Shown here: positions 48,663-58,993 of the stretch, in pieces
Layout of the letters: each line of letters opens with the position of its first letter
Numbering within the stretch: position 1 is the first letter of the stretch
Origin: Anaerolineales bacterium
GTDB lineage: Bacteria > Chloroflexota > Anaerolineae > Anaerolineales > RBG-16-64-43
DNA: 64,000 bases
Assembly: GCA_034430775.1 (NCBI GenBank)
Contig: DAOUDU010000081.1
Span: 19,063-83,062 of the forward strand
Direction of reading: 5' to 3'
Notes under the pieces: generated by a model
Seen by the model: the letters and a program-made list of their open reading frames with translations, nothing else
Databases searched by the model: none
Told to the model about the DNA's origin: nothing
Translations under genes and position numbers: made by a program

Positions 48663-49690
48663 AGAAGATCCACGACCAGGTTGACGGAGATCAGGAGCAC
48701 CCCGGCCAGCATTGTGAAACCCAGGACGGTCACCACGTCAAATTGAAAGGCGGCTTCCGCCGCGGCATATCCCATGCCGGGAAAACTGAATATGGTTTCG
48801 GTGATGACCACCCCGCTCAACGACGAGGCGGCCACAATCCCGGTATAGGTAACCACCGGAAGGAGCGCGTTGGGAAGCGCGTGTTTCCGGATGATGTCAT
48901 CTTCCGTCAATCCCTTGGCGCGGGCGGTGACGATGAAATCCTGATGCAGAACCTCCAGCATCGATGAGCGGGTGATTCGCAGAAACGCCGCAATGGAAAT
49001 ATAGGAGAGGGTAAGCACCGGCAGGACCAGGTGCCGTATCGCATCCCACAGCACATCCCAGCGGCCGTGGATCAGTGAATCGATGGTGAACAAGCCGGTC
49101 CGTACATCAAAAGTCCCGTTCAACACCTCCAGGCGCACCCAATCGGAAACGCGTCCGGCGGGAAACCAGCCGCGATCTGCATAGAAGTACATTAATAGCA
49201 GGAGCCCAAGGACGAACCCCGGGATGGAATACCCGATGATGCTGAACAGCCGGGCCAGCTGGTCCACCCAGCGGTTATGGTTGATGGCGGATTGAATCCC
49301 CATGGTGATCCCGATGAGAAGGATCGGAACCATCGAGAAAAGCGTCAATTCCAGCGTTGCCGGAAAACGCGATTGAAGAAGCTGTACGACCGGTTTCCCT
49401 CCGAAACGGGAGAAGCCGAGGTTTCCCCGGAGCAACCCGCCCTCCACAGCGCCCGTCTCCGGATCGGCCTTCCCAACAAGCCAGCGCCAATATTGCAATG
49501 GAATAGGATCCCGAAATCCATAACGCTTTATGATCCCCTCGAGCACGGCCGGATTTCGGGGAACCTGCTTCATATAAAAAGATGCGCGGGTTTCCGGCCC
49601 GAGGATTAGTAGAAAAAGGAAGATGATCACGCTCATCCCGAACAGCGTGAAGGGTAAAACCAGCAGCCTGCGGACGATGTAGGTGATCAT
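48626..49690 (-). CDS. Peptide/nickel ABC permease (OppB/DppB-like), without partner genes here
   Basis: YIVRRLL, QYWRWL...GNLG.S, RFPATLEL, LVLPVLTL, RSSMLEVL.QDFI.TARAKGL, H..PNALLPV, ETIFS.PGMG. Confidence 0.9.
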   Translation of the reverse strand: MITYIVRRLLVLPFTLFGMSVIIFLFLLILGPETRASFYMKQVPRNPAVLEGIIKRYGFRDPIPLQYWRWLVGKADPETGAVEGGLLRGNLGFSRFGGKPVVQLLQSRFPATLELTLFSMVPILLIGITMGIQSAINHNRWVDQLARLFSIIGYSIPGFVLGLLLLMYFYADRGWFPAGRVSDWVRLEVLNGTFDVRTGLFTIDSLIHGRWDVLWDAIRHLVLPVLTLSYISIAAFLRITRSSMLEVLHQDFIVTARAKGLTEDDIIRKHALPNALLPVVTYTGIVAASSLSGVVITETIFSFPGMGYAAAEAAFQFDVVTVLGFTMLAGVLLISVNLVVDLLYGILDPRIRLR

Positions 49691-50036
49691 GGGGTCATCC
49701 CGAAGGAAGGCTCGATTTATCCGGATGTGATTATACGCAGAATGTCCCGACCGGTGCTTCCGTCTCCAGCGGCCGCGCGCCGAGGTTCAATTTTTCCACG
49801 GCGGATGAATTCTCCCTGAGCACGGACAGGCTAGTGCGTGGGATGCGAAATCAGCAGATTCCCAGGGTTAAAATCCGCTATAAACTCAACGCCGGCGGGA
49901 CGCCTCCGCGGGCATGGATGAGATTGGAAAAATCGCAATCCGTTGGGGGAGGTTTTCCCGCCTTTCGTCTTCCGACGGTTCCTTATGCCATCGCTGATGT
50001 CCGGTGGCTTCGGGAAAGCGGGCAAACCATACGATG

Positions 50037-51599
50037 CTATGGAGGATCGCCGGGCACGCACGCCAGTTGCTGCCGGAGAGGTTGGCACGTCCCGGCGACG
50101 GTCCCGTTTGGGGATGAAACCGTGCAGGGTACTCCTGGATTCAGTCCGGCACAGTCGGTAACGGCGACCGGTTTCGGCATTCCGGCCGGTCTGACCTGTT
50201 GGACACCGGTGGATTCGACAATCATGGATGGAAGGGAGGTATCTGGGTTGCCATCCGGCGTGAAGGTGACATTCCCGCCGCGCACAAGGCGTGCGTAGTT
50301 TAGGATGCGGATGGCGTCGCCTTGCGGGCCACGGCCCTGCGGGAACTGGGAAGCCTCCCCGCTTTTGGGATCACTGCGCTGCGAGCCCGCGCCATGAACA
50401 TCCATCCATACATTTTGCATATATCCCATGGCTCTGCCAAAAGCGATGTATATCCCTGCTCCGCCGGATCCATTCGAGGACGCATGGGTTGTTCCGGTCC
50501 AGTATGACGGAAAGTCGGCTTGACCCGCCTCGTTGGATATCGGAGTGCTGGCGAAGAGCGGATCGATCGCTGCGGAGTTCGTGGTGTCTGGTGACCGGTT
50601 GTAATCGACGATGCTCTGCAATTCCTTGGCATTCGGCAGACGCCAGTCACTGTGTCCGAGATATTGGGAGGCGTTTTGCATTTGTACCCAGGCCAGAGCG
50701 TCCATCCAGTTCATGGGGGTTTGGCTGTCGTCCCGGGCCCATGTCAGGCCCGTCGCAGTATCGGTAATCGTCCGGTTACCGTTATCGACGAAATGGTTGA
50801 CGCCATATTGAGTATTTCCCCGTACGCAAATAACAAAAAAGGTCTTTTCCACGCCGTTCGGCATCTTCAGCTCATATCCCTTGATCCGGCCATCAGCGAA
50901 ATTCACCCCAAATAGTCTCTCGGAACCCCGGAAGGACCGGTTGACGTACAGGGTGTTCGAGGCGTATTGCGAGTCGATGGTGCGCTCTCCGCCCGGCACA
51001 TCGCCATAGGCAAACCGGAATTGGGTGATGTCGATGAAGGGGGTCAACGTCGCGGTACCGCTAGCTCCGCTTGGATCAGTACCCCGAAAATCGATCAACG
51101 AATAGAGTTCCTTGATGGAAGGCAGACGCCAATCGCTGTATCCTCCAAAATCGGCGTTGTTTAGCTGGGCGGGCAAGGCTTGAACCCGCGCCCAGGTCAG
51201 TTTGTCGCTTGTATTCAAATTATCATCGCCGTTGGTGTTCGGGCTGCGTTGTCAAGTGAGTCCGGTAACGTTGTCATAGACAGTCCATCCGTCATCGCTG
51301 AGCGTAAAACTGGATGGGGCCCCGGTATATTGAGCATCCTGACCAAAGAAAGCCTCGCCCGATCGTGGACAGATGGTCTCGGTTGTATTGTCGTAACACT
51401 TGCTCTGGCCGGTCTCGACGATGGGATAGGAACGCGTGACGGGAAAGGCATCTGTTGAAACGGAATCCGTCAACGTGGCAGGCACCAAGTCGGAATTGGC
51501 ATCTGAGGGCAGCTGCGGTGCCGGTGTGCCCGCTCGGGGGACGCATCCCGAAAGAAATGCTGCGGCAATCATACAAAGGGGAAGGGTTTTTTGGATCAT
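50037..51599 (-). pseudogene. DUF1566 (Lcl-domain) lipoprotein interrupted by one in-frame TGA at a conserved Trp
   Basis: Lipobox LSGC. D.VTGLT-TGA(51252-51254)-QRSP continues in the same frame. The second domain has DTATGLTW. Two WRLP(S/N).KEL motifs. Confidence 0.8.
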
Positions 51600-52003
51600 G
51601 TTTTCTCCGTTTTCATCCCTACAGTAGAACAAGGATATTCAGAAATTGTGTAGAAATGGTATTGCAACAGAACTTTTTTCTGAAAGAAGAACATTGTCTA
51701 CAGTATCGCGGCATGTTGTCCTATAAGGACGGCGGTGTTCCGCCTTCCACAGATGAAGAATGGCACGCCAGCCATGCTTTTCTGCGGGGCGGAATCCCCG
51801 CGCGAGGGCATTTTTCCCTTTCAGCAAAAAAACTCCCTCCCCCTCAGTCCCTCTCACGAGAGGCCACCGCTTCCCCCGGATCGCGGGGGAAGGTTTTAGG
51901 AGAAGACGGCCGAAAGCCGGGCGAGGGCGGAATTTCTTTTTTCCCCTTCCGGATGTTATACTCCTCGAATTCCAAGCCAGGACCTTCTGCGGAGAACCCG
52001 GAT

Positions 52004-53779
52004 ATGAAAAACGTGCTCGTCGCCGTCGCGTGGCCATACGCCAACGCCGACATCCATGTGGGCAACCTCACCGGCGCTTATTTGCCGGCTGATATTTTCG
52101 CGCGCTACCACCGGCTGAAGGGCAACCGGGTGCTGATGGTTTCCGGCACCGACTCGCACGGGACTCCGATTACGGTCCGCGCCGACGCGGAACATACGAC
52201 ACCGGAAAAAATCTACCAGCGCTATCACAGCCGATTCATTGAGCTCTTCCAGAAGACGGGCCTGACCTACGACCTGTATACCAGCACGCACACGGAAAAC
52301 CATTTTCGGGTGTCGCAGGATTTCTTCCGCGCGCTGCAATCCAACGGGTACCTCTACCGCGAAAAGCAATCGGTGATGTACTCTGAAAAAGAGAAGAAGT
52401 TCCTGCCCGACCGGTACGTGGAGGGCGAGTGCTACCTCTGCCATTACCCTAACGCGCGCGGCGACCAGTGCGACCAGTGCGGCAATCTGCTGGACGCCAC
52501 CAAGCTGATCAACCCGCGCACCCGGACCGACGGCTCGACCCCGATCGTGCGCGAAACCGAGCATTTCTTTCTGGATCTGGCCAAACTCTCCCCCGCGCTC
52601 CAGAAGTACCTTTCCACCGGGAAGGAAAAATGGCGGCCGAATGTCCTGCGCTTTGCGCGCAATATGATCGAGGAAGGTCTCCACGGCCGCCCGATCACCC
52701 GCGACCTGGATTGGGGGATCCCGCTGCCCGATTCCGGATGGGAATCAAAACGCCTGTACGTCTGGTTCGAGGCGGTAATCGGTTACTTCTCCGCCTCGAT
52801 CGAATGCGCTGGCAGCCGCGGCGAACCCCATTCCTGGAAGGACTGGTGGTACAACCCGGATGCCCTGACGTATTATTTCATCGCCAAGGACAATATCCCC
52901 TTCCACGCCGTCATTTGGCCGGCACAACTGATCGGCGCTTCGCGGCTGTACGCCGGGGAGAATGACAAAACCCTCAACCTCCCCACCGACGTTCCCTCCA
53001 ACGAATTCCTTAATTTGGAAGGGAAAAAGATAAGCGGCTCGCGCAACTGGGCCGTCTGGGGCCTGGATGCGGTCGACCGCTACGGCCCGGATCCGGTTCG
53101 CTTTTATCTGACCGTCAACATGCCCGAAACCCGCGATACCGACTGGGATTGGGCGGACTTCCTGCGGCGCAACAACGACGAACTGGTTGCCACCTGGGGA
53201 AATCTCGCCAACCGCGTACTCACCTTCTCCTACCGCAATTGGGATGGGCGCGTGCCGGATCCGGGTGAACTGCGCGCGGAGGATAGCGCCCTGCTGGCCA
53301 AAGCGGACCAGGCCTTCGCCGCGGTCGGCGGTCTCTACGAAGCGGTGCAAATCCGGGCGGCACTCGGCGAAGCCATGGCGCTGGCCGGCGAAGCCAACCG
53401 TTACCTCGACCAGCAGGCGCCCTGGTTCCAGATCAAAAAGGACCCCGCCGCGGCGGCGAAGACCATCTTCACCGGGTTGCGCGTCATCGACTCGCTGAAG
53501 ACGCTCCTCGCACCGGTGATTCCTTTCTCCGCGGAAGTATTGCATACCGGATTCGGTTACCCCGGCCGGTTGTTCGGCACGCAGAAGATCGAGGATCGCG
53601 CGGATTCGCTTGGCGCGCGGCCGGTCCTAACGTACGATCCCGAAGGCGCGGCGGGGAAATGGGAACCGAGCCGTTTGGCGGCCGGACAGCCGCTGGCCGA
53701 ACCGAAACCGCTCTTCCGCAAGCTCCTCCCGGAAATCGTCGACCAGGAACGCGCCCGGATGGGAAATCCCTCGGCCTGA
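52004..53779 (+). CDS. metG: Methionine--tRNA ligase (no C-terminal tRNA-binding domain)
   Basis: VAWPYANADIHVGN, SGTD.HGTPI, CxxC knuckles, YVWFEA, KDNIPFH, KISGS. ATG at 52004 with SD GGAG. Confidence 0.95.
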   Translation: MKNVLVAVAWPYANADIHVGNLTGAYLPADIFARYHRLKGNRVLMVSGTDSHGTPITVRADAEHTTPEKIYQRYHSRFIELFQKTGLTYDLYTSTHTENHFRVSQDFFRALQSNGYLYREKQSVMYSEKEKKFLPDRYVEGECYLCHYPNARGDQCDQCGNLLDATKLINPRTRTDGSTPIVRETEHFFLDLAKLSPALQKYLSTGKEKWRPNVLRFARNMIEEGLHGRPITRDLDWGIPLPDSGWESKRLYVWFEAVIGYFSASIECAGSRGEPHSWKDWWYNPDALTYYFIAKDNIPFHAVIWPAQLIGASRLYAGENDKTLNLPTDVPSNEFLNLEGKKISGSRNWAVWGLDAVDRYGPDPVRFYLTVNMPETRDTDWDWADFLRRNNDELVATWGNLANRVLTFSYRNWDGRVPDPGELRAEDSALLAKADQAFAAVGGLYEAVQIRAALGEAMALAGEANRYLDQQAPWFQIKKDPAAAAKTIFTGLRVIDSLKTLLAPVIPFSAEVLHTGFGYPGRLFGTQKIEDRADSLGARPVLTYDPEGAAGKWEPSRLAAGQPLAEPKPLFRKLLPEIVDQERARMGNPSA

Positions 53780-53803
53780 TCCGGTCGGCTGATCATTTAC
53801 AGA

Positions 53804-55183
53804 ATGCCTATTAATATGCCTTCCCTCGATTCCAATAAACTCCGGTCGTTTGCATTTTTCCTGGCCTCGACGGCTATCCTTTTCTTCGGATTTTCCCAAA
53901 ACATCTGGCGCGTGGCGGAACAGGATTCCTTCGATACCTACCAGATCGGGATGGAGAGTTTTATTGTCGGAAGGATTCTGAAAACAAAATCGGATGGGAT
54001 ATTATCAGCAGGCGGCCTTACCGGCCTGACCGGTCCGGATTCCGCCGCTCCCGATACGGAACACGCCAATTACCGGTTTCAGTACAAGGCGTACCTGGAA
54101 TCCCTCCCCTTTCAATCCTACGCCGCATACAAATCCCAAACCGGCGGGCAGGGAATGCTGTTCGGCATATTGAACGAGATTCTCCCATGGCCCTCCCAAG
54201 ATAAACTTTCGTTTTTTCACGGATTGACTTCACTTCTCTCCGCGGCAGTCCTTTCGCTGATCTTCTTATGGTTCACCCGTGAATTCGGCATGGCTGCGGG
54301 AGTGACAGCCCTGATTGGAACCGCCTTATCGCAATGGCTGACGCTCTTTGGAAAAAATCTCTGGTGGTCCATATGGGCTTTCTACCTGCCGATGCTGATC
54401 GTCCTGTATTACCTTAACCGCGCCGGCCGGCCGTTGAAACTCACCCCGATCCGATTCGGTCTTGTTGTTTTCTTCGCGGTTCTGATCAAATGCTTTTTCA
54501 ATGGGTACGAATACATCACAACGACGCTGGTCATGATGGTGGTCCCCTTTGTATATTTTTCCTTTCGGGATAAAACCGGCTGGAAGAATATCATCTCCGG
54601 CTTGCTGGCCGCCATAGCGGCCTCGTTCCTGGCGATCCTTGCCAGCATGACGATCCTGTGCTTTCAGATCGCCGCCGTGGACGGCAGCTTCGCCAATGGA
54701 GTCGATCATTTGGTCTATTCCTTCCTGCGGAGATCCTACGCCGATCCACAGCTCTTTCCGCCCGATTATGCGACATCCCTGAATGCCAATGTTCTGGATG
54801 TGGTGGCGTATTACCTAAGAGAAATTTATCTGGATCTTAATTACTACATCAAGGCCCCCAACGATTTCATCGCGAATTTCGCATTTCAATTCCGATATCT
54901 GTATCTTATTATTCTCTTTGCGGCGATGTCGGTCACCTTACTCTTCCTCTTGCGGTCGAAGCAAACCGCCGGTCTTCGCCCGGGCGGGCAGGCGCTGATC
55001 GCGGCGGTCTGGTTTTCACTGCTTGCGCCGCTTTCCTGGCTGATTATTTTCAAGGCCCATTCCTACGTACATACGTTCATGAATGACCTCGTCTGGCAAA
55101 TGCCCTTCACCCTCTTTGGATTCGCCCTGTGCGGGTTGACCCTGGCCGAGGCCGCGCGCGTCCTTCGACACCGGCCCACCTGA
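53804..55183 (+). CDS. Polytopic membrane protein of unknown function (possible GT-C-type glycosyltransferase)
   Basis: About 10 hydrophobic helices with a large loop after TM1. Looks more AT-rich than its neighbours. Confidence 0.6.
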   Translation: MPINMPSLDSNKLRSFAFFLASTAILFFGFSQNIWRVAEQDSFDTYQIGMESFIVGRILKTKSDGILSAGGLTGLTGPDSAAPDTEHANYRFQYKAYLESLPFQSYAAYKSQTGGQGMLFGILNEILPWPSQDKLSFFHGLTSLLSAAVLSLIFLWFTREFGMAAGVTALIGTALSQWLTLFGKNLWWSIWAFYLPMLIVLYYLNRAGRPLKLTPIRFGLVVFFAVLIKCFFNGYEYITTTLVMMVVPFVYFSFRDKTGWKNIISGLLAAIAASFLAILASMTILCFQIAAVDGSFANGVDHLVYSFLRRSYADPQLFPPDYATSLNANVLDVVAYYLREIYLDLNYYIKAPNDFIANFAFQFRYLYLIILFAAMSVTLLFLLRSKQTAGLRPGGQALIAAVWFSLLAPLSWLIIFKAHSYVHTFMNDLVWQMPFTLFGFALCGLTLAEAARVLRHRPT

Positions 55184-55241
55184 ACCCTCCCCTCCGATCC
55201 GGCCGGAAGGATTCTTCAGGACCCGGCGTATAATAGCCGCC

Positions 55242-56375
55242 ATGCCGGATTTGGATCCACCCCGATTCCTTCAGGATGCCGCAAGCCTTCAGGCGCTTGC
55301 GGAAGATCTGCGCGGGATTCTCCGCGCAGGCGTGGATACCGAATCCAACAGCCTGCACGCCTATCGCGAGCGTGTCTGCCTGATACAAATTTCCTCTCCC
55401 GGCTGTGATTACCTGATCGATCCGTTTGTGCTGTCCGACCTCTCCCCCCTGAAAGATTTCTTCGAGGATCCATCGGTCGAAAAAATTTTCCACGCCGCGG
55501 AATACGATCTGCTATGTCTGCGCCGGGATTTCGGCTTCCGGGTGCGCGGGCTGTTCGATACGCACGCCGCCTCGCGCGCTCTCGGCTGGAAGGAATGCGG
55601 GTTGAACGCGCTGCTGGAGCGCGAGTTTGGAATCACGCTCGACAAACCGATGCAGCGCGCCAACTGGGGGCGGCGGCCGCTTTCCGAGCGGATGCTCGAA
55701 TACGCCCGGCTGGATACGCATTACCTGCCCGCGCTGCACGACCGCATGACGGAATTGATCGAAGCCGGGGGCCTGGAAGCGGAACTGCGTGACGAGTTCC
55801 TGCGGTTGGAGTCCATCCCGGACCTGGAATCCACAGCACCGGAAAGCAACCCATTCTGGAAACTGCGTGGCGTGTATGATTTGCCCCCGCCCCAGCGGGC
55901 CATCCTGCAATCGCTGTTCGAATGGCGGGAACAGGAAGCCCGGCGGATGGACCGCCCGCCGTTTCATGTAATTTCCGGCGAAGCGATGATCCGTCTGGCG
56001 CAAACCGCGCCGGCTTCGATCAAAGAACTGGTGGCTGTGGGAATTCCCGAGCGGACTGCCGGCCGTTGGGGGAAAGCCATCCTCCAGGCTGTGGTTCACG
56101 GGAAAAGGCGCAAACCGCCGGTTCCGGAACGCAATTCCCGCATTGACGAAAAGGCCCAGGCGCGTCTGGAAGCACTTCGGAAATGGCGCAAACAGCGGGC
56201 CGAGGCACGGGGTGTGGAATCCGATGTGATTCTGTGCCGGGACACGATGTTCCGGATTGCACGCCAAGCTCCGCCCACGCTTTCCGCGCTTGGAGAAATC
56301 CCCGGCTTGGGGCCATACCGGCTCGGGAAATACGGCGAGGAAATCCTGGCCAAAATAAAAGCCGCAGCCTCCTAA
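55242..56375 (+). CDS. rnd: Ribonuclease D (3'-5' exonuclease + two HRDC domains)
   Basis: GVDTE, CLIQIS, KIFHAAEYD, LFDT, NW..RPL...ML.YA.LD, WR...AR..D.P, and a second HRDC WRK..A...GV...VIL. Confidence 0.88.
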   Translation: MPDLDPPRFLQDAASLQALAEDLRGILRAGVDTESNSLHAYRERVCLIQISSPGCDYLIDPFVLSDLSPLKDFFEDPSVEKIFHAAEYDLLCLRRDFGFRVRGLFDTHAASRALGWKECGLNALLEREFGITLDKPMQRANWGRRPLSERMLEYARLDTHYLPALHDRMTELIEAGGLEAELRDEFLRLESIPDLESTAPESNPFWKLRGVYDLPPPQRAILQSLFEWREQEARRMDRPPFHVISGEAMIRLAQTAPASIKELVAVGIPERTAGRWGKAILQAVVHGKRRKPPVPERNSRIDEKAQARLEALRKWRKQRAEARGVESDVILCRDTMFRIARQAPPTLSALGEIPGLGPYRLGKYGEEILAKIKAAAS

Positions 56376-56385
56376 GGAGCGATGC

Positions 56386-57789
56386 ATGCGCATTCATTTT
56401 CATGGAGCGGCGCAAACCGTCACCGGCTCGCAGTATGTTCTGGATATCAACGGCAGGCGGATATTGCTGGAATGCGGGCTGTACCAGGGCCGGCGTTCGG
56501 AAAGCTTTGAAAAAAACCGCAACCTGCCCTTTCCTCCCCGCAAAATAGATGCGATGCTTCTTTCGCACGCCCACATCGATCACAGCGGAAACCTGCCGAA
56601 TCTGGTAAAGAACGGTTATCCCGGCCCGATCCACGTCACCGAGGCAACGGGCGGCCTGCTTCGGCTTGTGTTGCTCGACTCGGCGCACATTCAGGAAAGC
56701 GACGCCGCGTACATCAACAAACGCAATGCCCGGCGCGGAAAACCGCCGGTGGAACCGCTGTATCAGACTCCCGATGCGGAAGCAGTGCTGCCCCTTTTCG
56801 AAGGGCACGGCTACGATAAACCCTTCGAGGTAATCCCGGGAGTTCAGGCGACGTTTTTCGAAGCCGGGCATATCCTGGGTTCCGCGGGCATCTGCCTGGA
56901 TTTCTCGGAACACGGGAAGCGCCGGCGGCTGATCTTCTCCGGCGATATCGGACGGCGCGGTCTGCCCATATTGCGCGATCCCGTGCTTCCCCCGCACGCG
57001 GACATCCTCATGATGGAGTGCACCTACGGCGACAAGCTGCACCGGGATTTGCGCGAGGCGGACATCGAGTTGCGCGATACCCTCCAGCGCACGATCCGCC
57101 GCGGCGGCAAGGTCATCATCCCGTCCTTCGCGATCGGCCGGACGCAGGAGCTCGTGTATTGCATGGGGCGGATGATCGAACACGGCGCGATCCCGCAGAT
57201 CCCGATCGTCGTCGACAGCCCGCTGGCGGTCGGCATCTCGGATCTGTATGCGAAGTACCCGGAATATTTCGATGCGGAAGCGGCAACGCTGATGAAAAAG
57301 GAGGGCAAGCAGCGGGCGCTGGGATATGAATATGTGACGTTTACCCGCTCGGTGGAAGAGTCGAAAGCGCTAAACCATAAAACCGGTCCGATGGTGATCA
57401 TCTCCGCATCCGGGATGGCCGAAAGCGGCCGGATCCGCCACCATCTGGCAAATACCATCGAAGATGCCAAGAACATGATCCTGATCGTTTCCTGGCAGGC
57501 GCCGAGCACGCTCGGCCGGCTGCTTGCGGATCAGGTCAAGACGGTGAAGATATTCGGCGAATCCGTTGAGCGCCGGGCGGAAGTGGCGACGATCGGGGGG
57601 TTCTCGGCCCACGCCGGGCAAAACTTCCTGTATGAATACGCCAAATCCGCCGCAACGCGGTCGGAAGCGCTCTTCCTGGTCCACGGCGAGCCCAAATCCG
57701 CGCTGCCCTTCCAGGAAAAACTCAACAGCGACAACCTCTCGACCCCGGTGTACTATCCGAAATTGGGCGATCAGGCGGAGTTCAAGTAG
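56386..57789 (+). CDS. MBL-fold beta-CASP ribonuclease (Ysh1/RNase J-like family)
   Basis: GAAQTVTGS, LSHAHIDHSG, AGHILGS, FSGDIG, MECTYGD, PSFAIGRTQEL, FSAHA, LVHGE. Confidence 0.9.
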   Translation: MRIHFHGAAQTVTGSQYVLDINGRRILLECGLYQGRRSESFEKNRNLPFPPRKIDAMLLSHAHIDHSGNLPNLVKNGYPGPIHVTEATGGLLRLVLLDSAHIQESDAAYINKRNARRGKPPVEPLYQTPDAEAVLPLFEGHGYDKPFEVIPGVQATFFEAGHILGSAGICLDFSEHGKRRRLIFSGDIGRRGLPILRDPVLPPHADILMMECTYGDKLHRDLREADIELRDTLQRTIRRGGKVIIPSFAIGRTQELVYCMGRMIEHGAIPQIPIVVDSPLAVGISDLYAKYPEYFDAEAATLMKKEGKQRALGYEYVTFTRSVEESKALNHKTGPMVIISASGMAESGRIRHHLANTIEDAKNMILIVSWQAPSTLGRLLADQVKTVKIFGESVERRAEVATIGGFSAHAGQNFLYEYAKSAATRSEALFLVHGEPKSALPFQEKLNSDNLSTPVYYPKLGDQAEFK

Positions 57790-58152
57790 ATGTACGAGCG
57801 GCATGCCGAACCACTGCTCCCCTTCCGGCGTTTCCTCCGCCGGCTGGGATTGCACGCGCTGTTTGCGCTGGCGGTGTTAGCCGTTTCCCTGGGAATCGGG
57901 ATTCTCGGATACCGCCTTACCGAAGGGATGCCCCTGCTCGACGCGCTGCTGAACGCGGCGATGATCCTGGGAGGTATGGGGCCGGTGGATGTGCTGCAGT
58001 CGGATGCCGGCCAACTGTTCGCATCGATGTATGCGCTATTTGCCGGGATGGTGTTCCTCGGGGTCGCCGGGATCATGATGGCGCCGGTCGCGCACCGCAT
58101 TCTGCACTGGATGCACCTGGAGGAAACGGGAAAAGTGGACAGCAATGAGTAG
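57790..58152 (+). CDS. Small two-TM potassium-channel-pore-like protein
   Basis: TM - pore helix (LLDALLNAAMILGGMGP) - TM topology. The ATG directly follows the previous stop. Confidence 0.6.
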   Translation: MYERHAEPLLPFRRFLRRLGLHALFALAVLAVSLGIGILGYRLTEGMPLLDALLNAAMILGGMGPVDVLQSDAGQLFASMYALFAGMVFLGVAGIMMAPVAHRILHWMHLEETGKVDSNE

Positions 58153-58190
58153 CGCCGCCCTCAACTCCTGAAGTCCCCCCTCATCCCCGG

Positions 58191-58275
58191 CCCTTCTCCC
58201 AGCGCTTTACGTTTATTTGTATAAATCCACCTACCGGACCCTTTACGCGTTCCGATGGAAGCGCTGGGAGAAGGG
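58191..58275. repeat. REP-like 17-bp inverted repeat with a 51-nt spacer
   Basis: CCCTTCTCCCAGCGCTT / AAGCGCTGGGAGAAGGG. Confidence 0.65.
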
Positions 58276-58286
58276 GGTTATTCGCA

Positions 58287-58295
58287 TGATATAAT
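58287..58295 (+). promoter_or_regulatory. Extended -10 promoter of tRNA-Ser
   Basis: TG-A-TATAAT, 10 nt upstream of the tRNA. Confidence 0.6.
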
Positions 58296-58305
58296 TTTTT
58301 GTTCC

Positions 58306-58398
<93 letters not shown>

Positions 58399-58993
58399 AC
58401 TGACAAATCGTTTTATCCATTCTCCCTCCCCTCCGGTATATCTCATCATTTTTCCGCGACGATCCAGTGTTCTTGTGGAGAAATTTGTTTTTATCCTTGG
58501 CGGCATCGACGGCTTTCTACCCGCCCCGCTGATTATTTTCATTCCCACCCTCGGGACAGACGCATAGTTTTTTTTCAGTGGAAACCGGCCCCTACCACTT
58601 CCGTAAAAGGAACTCCGCTTTTGCTGGGCCCTGCGGTCATTTTCTCGATTTACGGTTTCTATTTTTTCCGGGGGCGAGTTTAACCCAGGGCTTCCACTGT
58701 CTCGCGCCGGAAGGATCTTCCGACGCTTCCAACTCCCCGGATGCGAATATCCAAGAAATCTTGTTTTTTGGCGGCGCGGCCTTTTCCCGGATGGGAATGG
58801 ATTGGCAGGCTGAGACTTCCCCGGATCAGATCGAAGCGCTGTACGGAATGCCGCACAACCCATCCGCCGGAAGGCCGGCGGCGATAAGACACAAAAATAA
58901 AGGGCCGGTCACTTCATGCGACCGGTCTTTTTCGGACGTGCGATACATAAAAAATCCCGTCTGCCGACGTCCCGCTCCCGACGATCACATTGA

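Noticed and set aside
46695-51599. Stop-codon reassignment or selenocysteine explaining three in-frame stops
   Set aside because: TAA and TGA end many intact genes in this window. The TGA is at a Trp position without an evident SECIS.
51455-52003. 183-aa N-terminal extension of MetG
   Set aside because: It runs through a promoter and palindromic intergenic DNA. The canonical start MKNVLVAVAWPY has its own SD at 52004.
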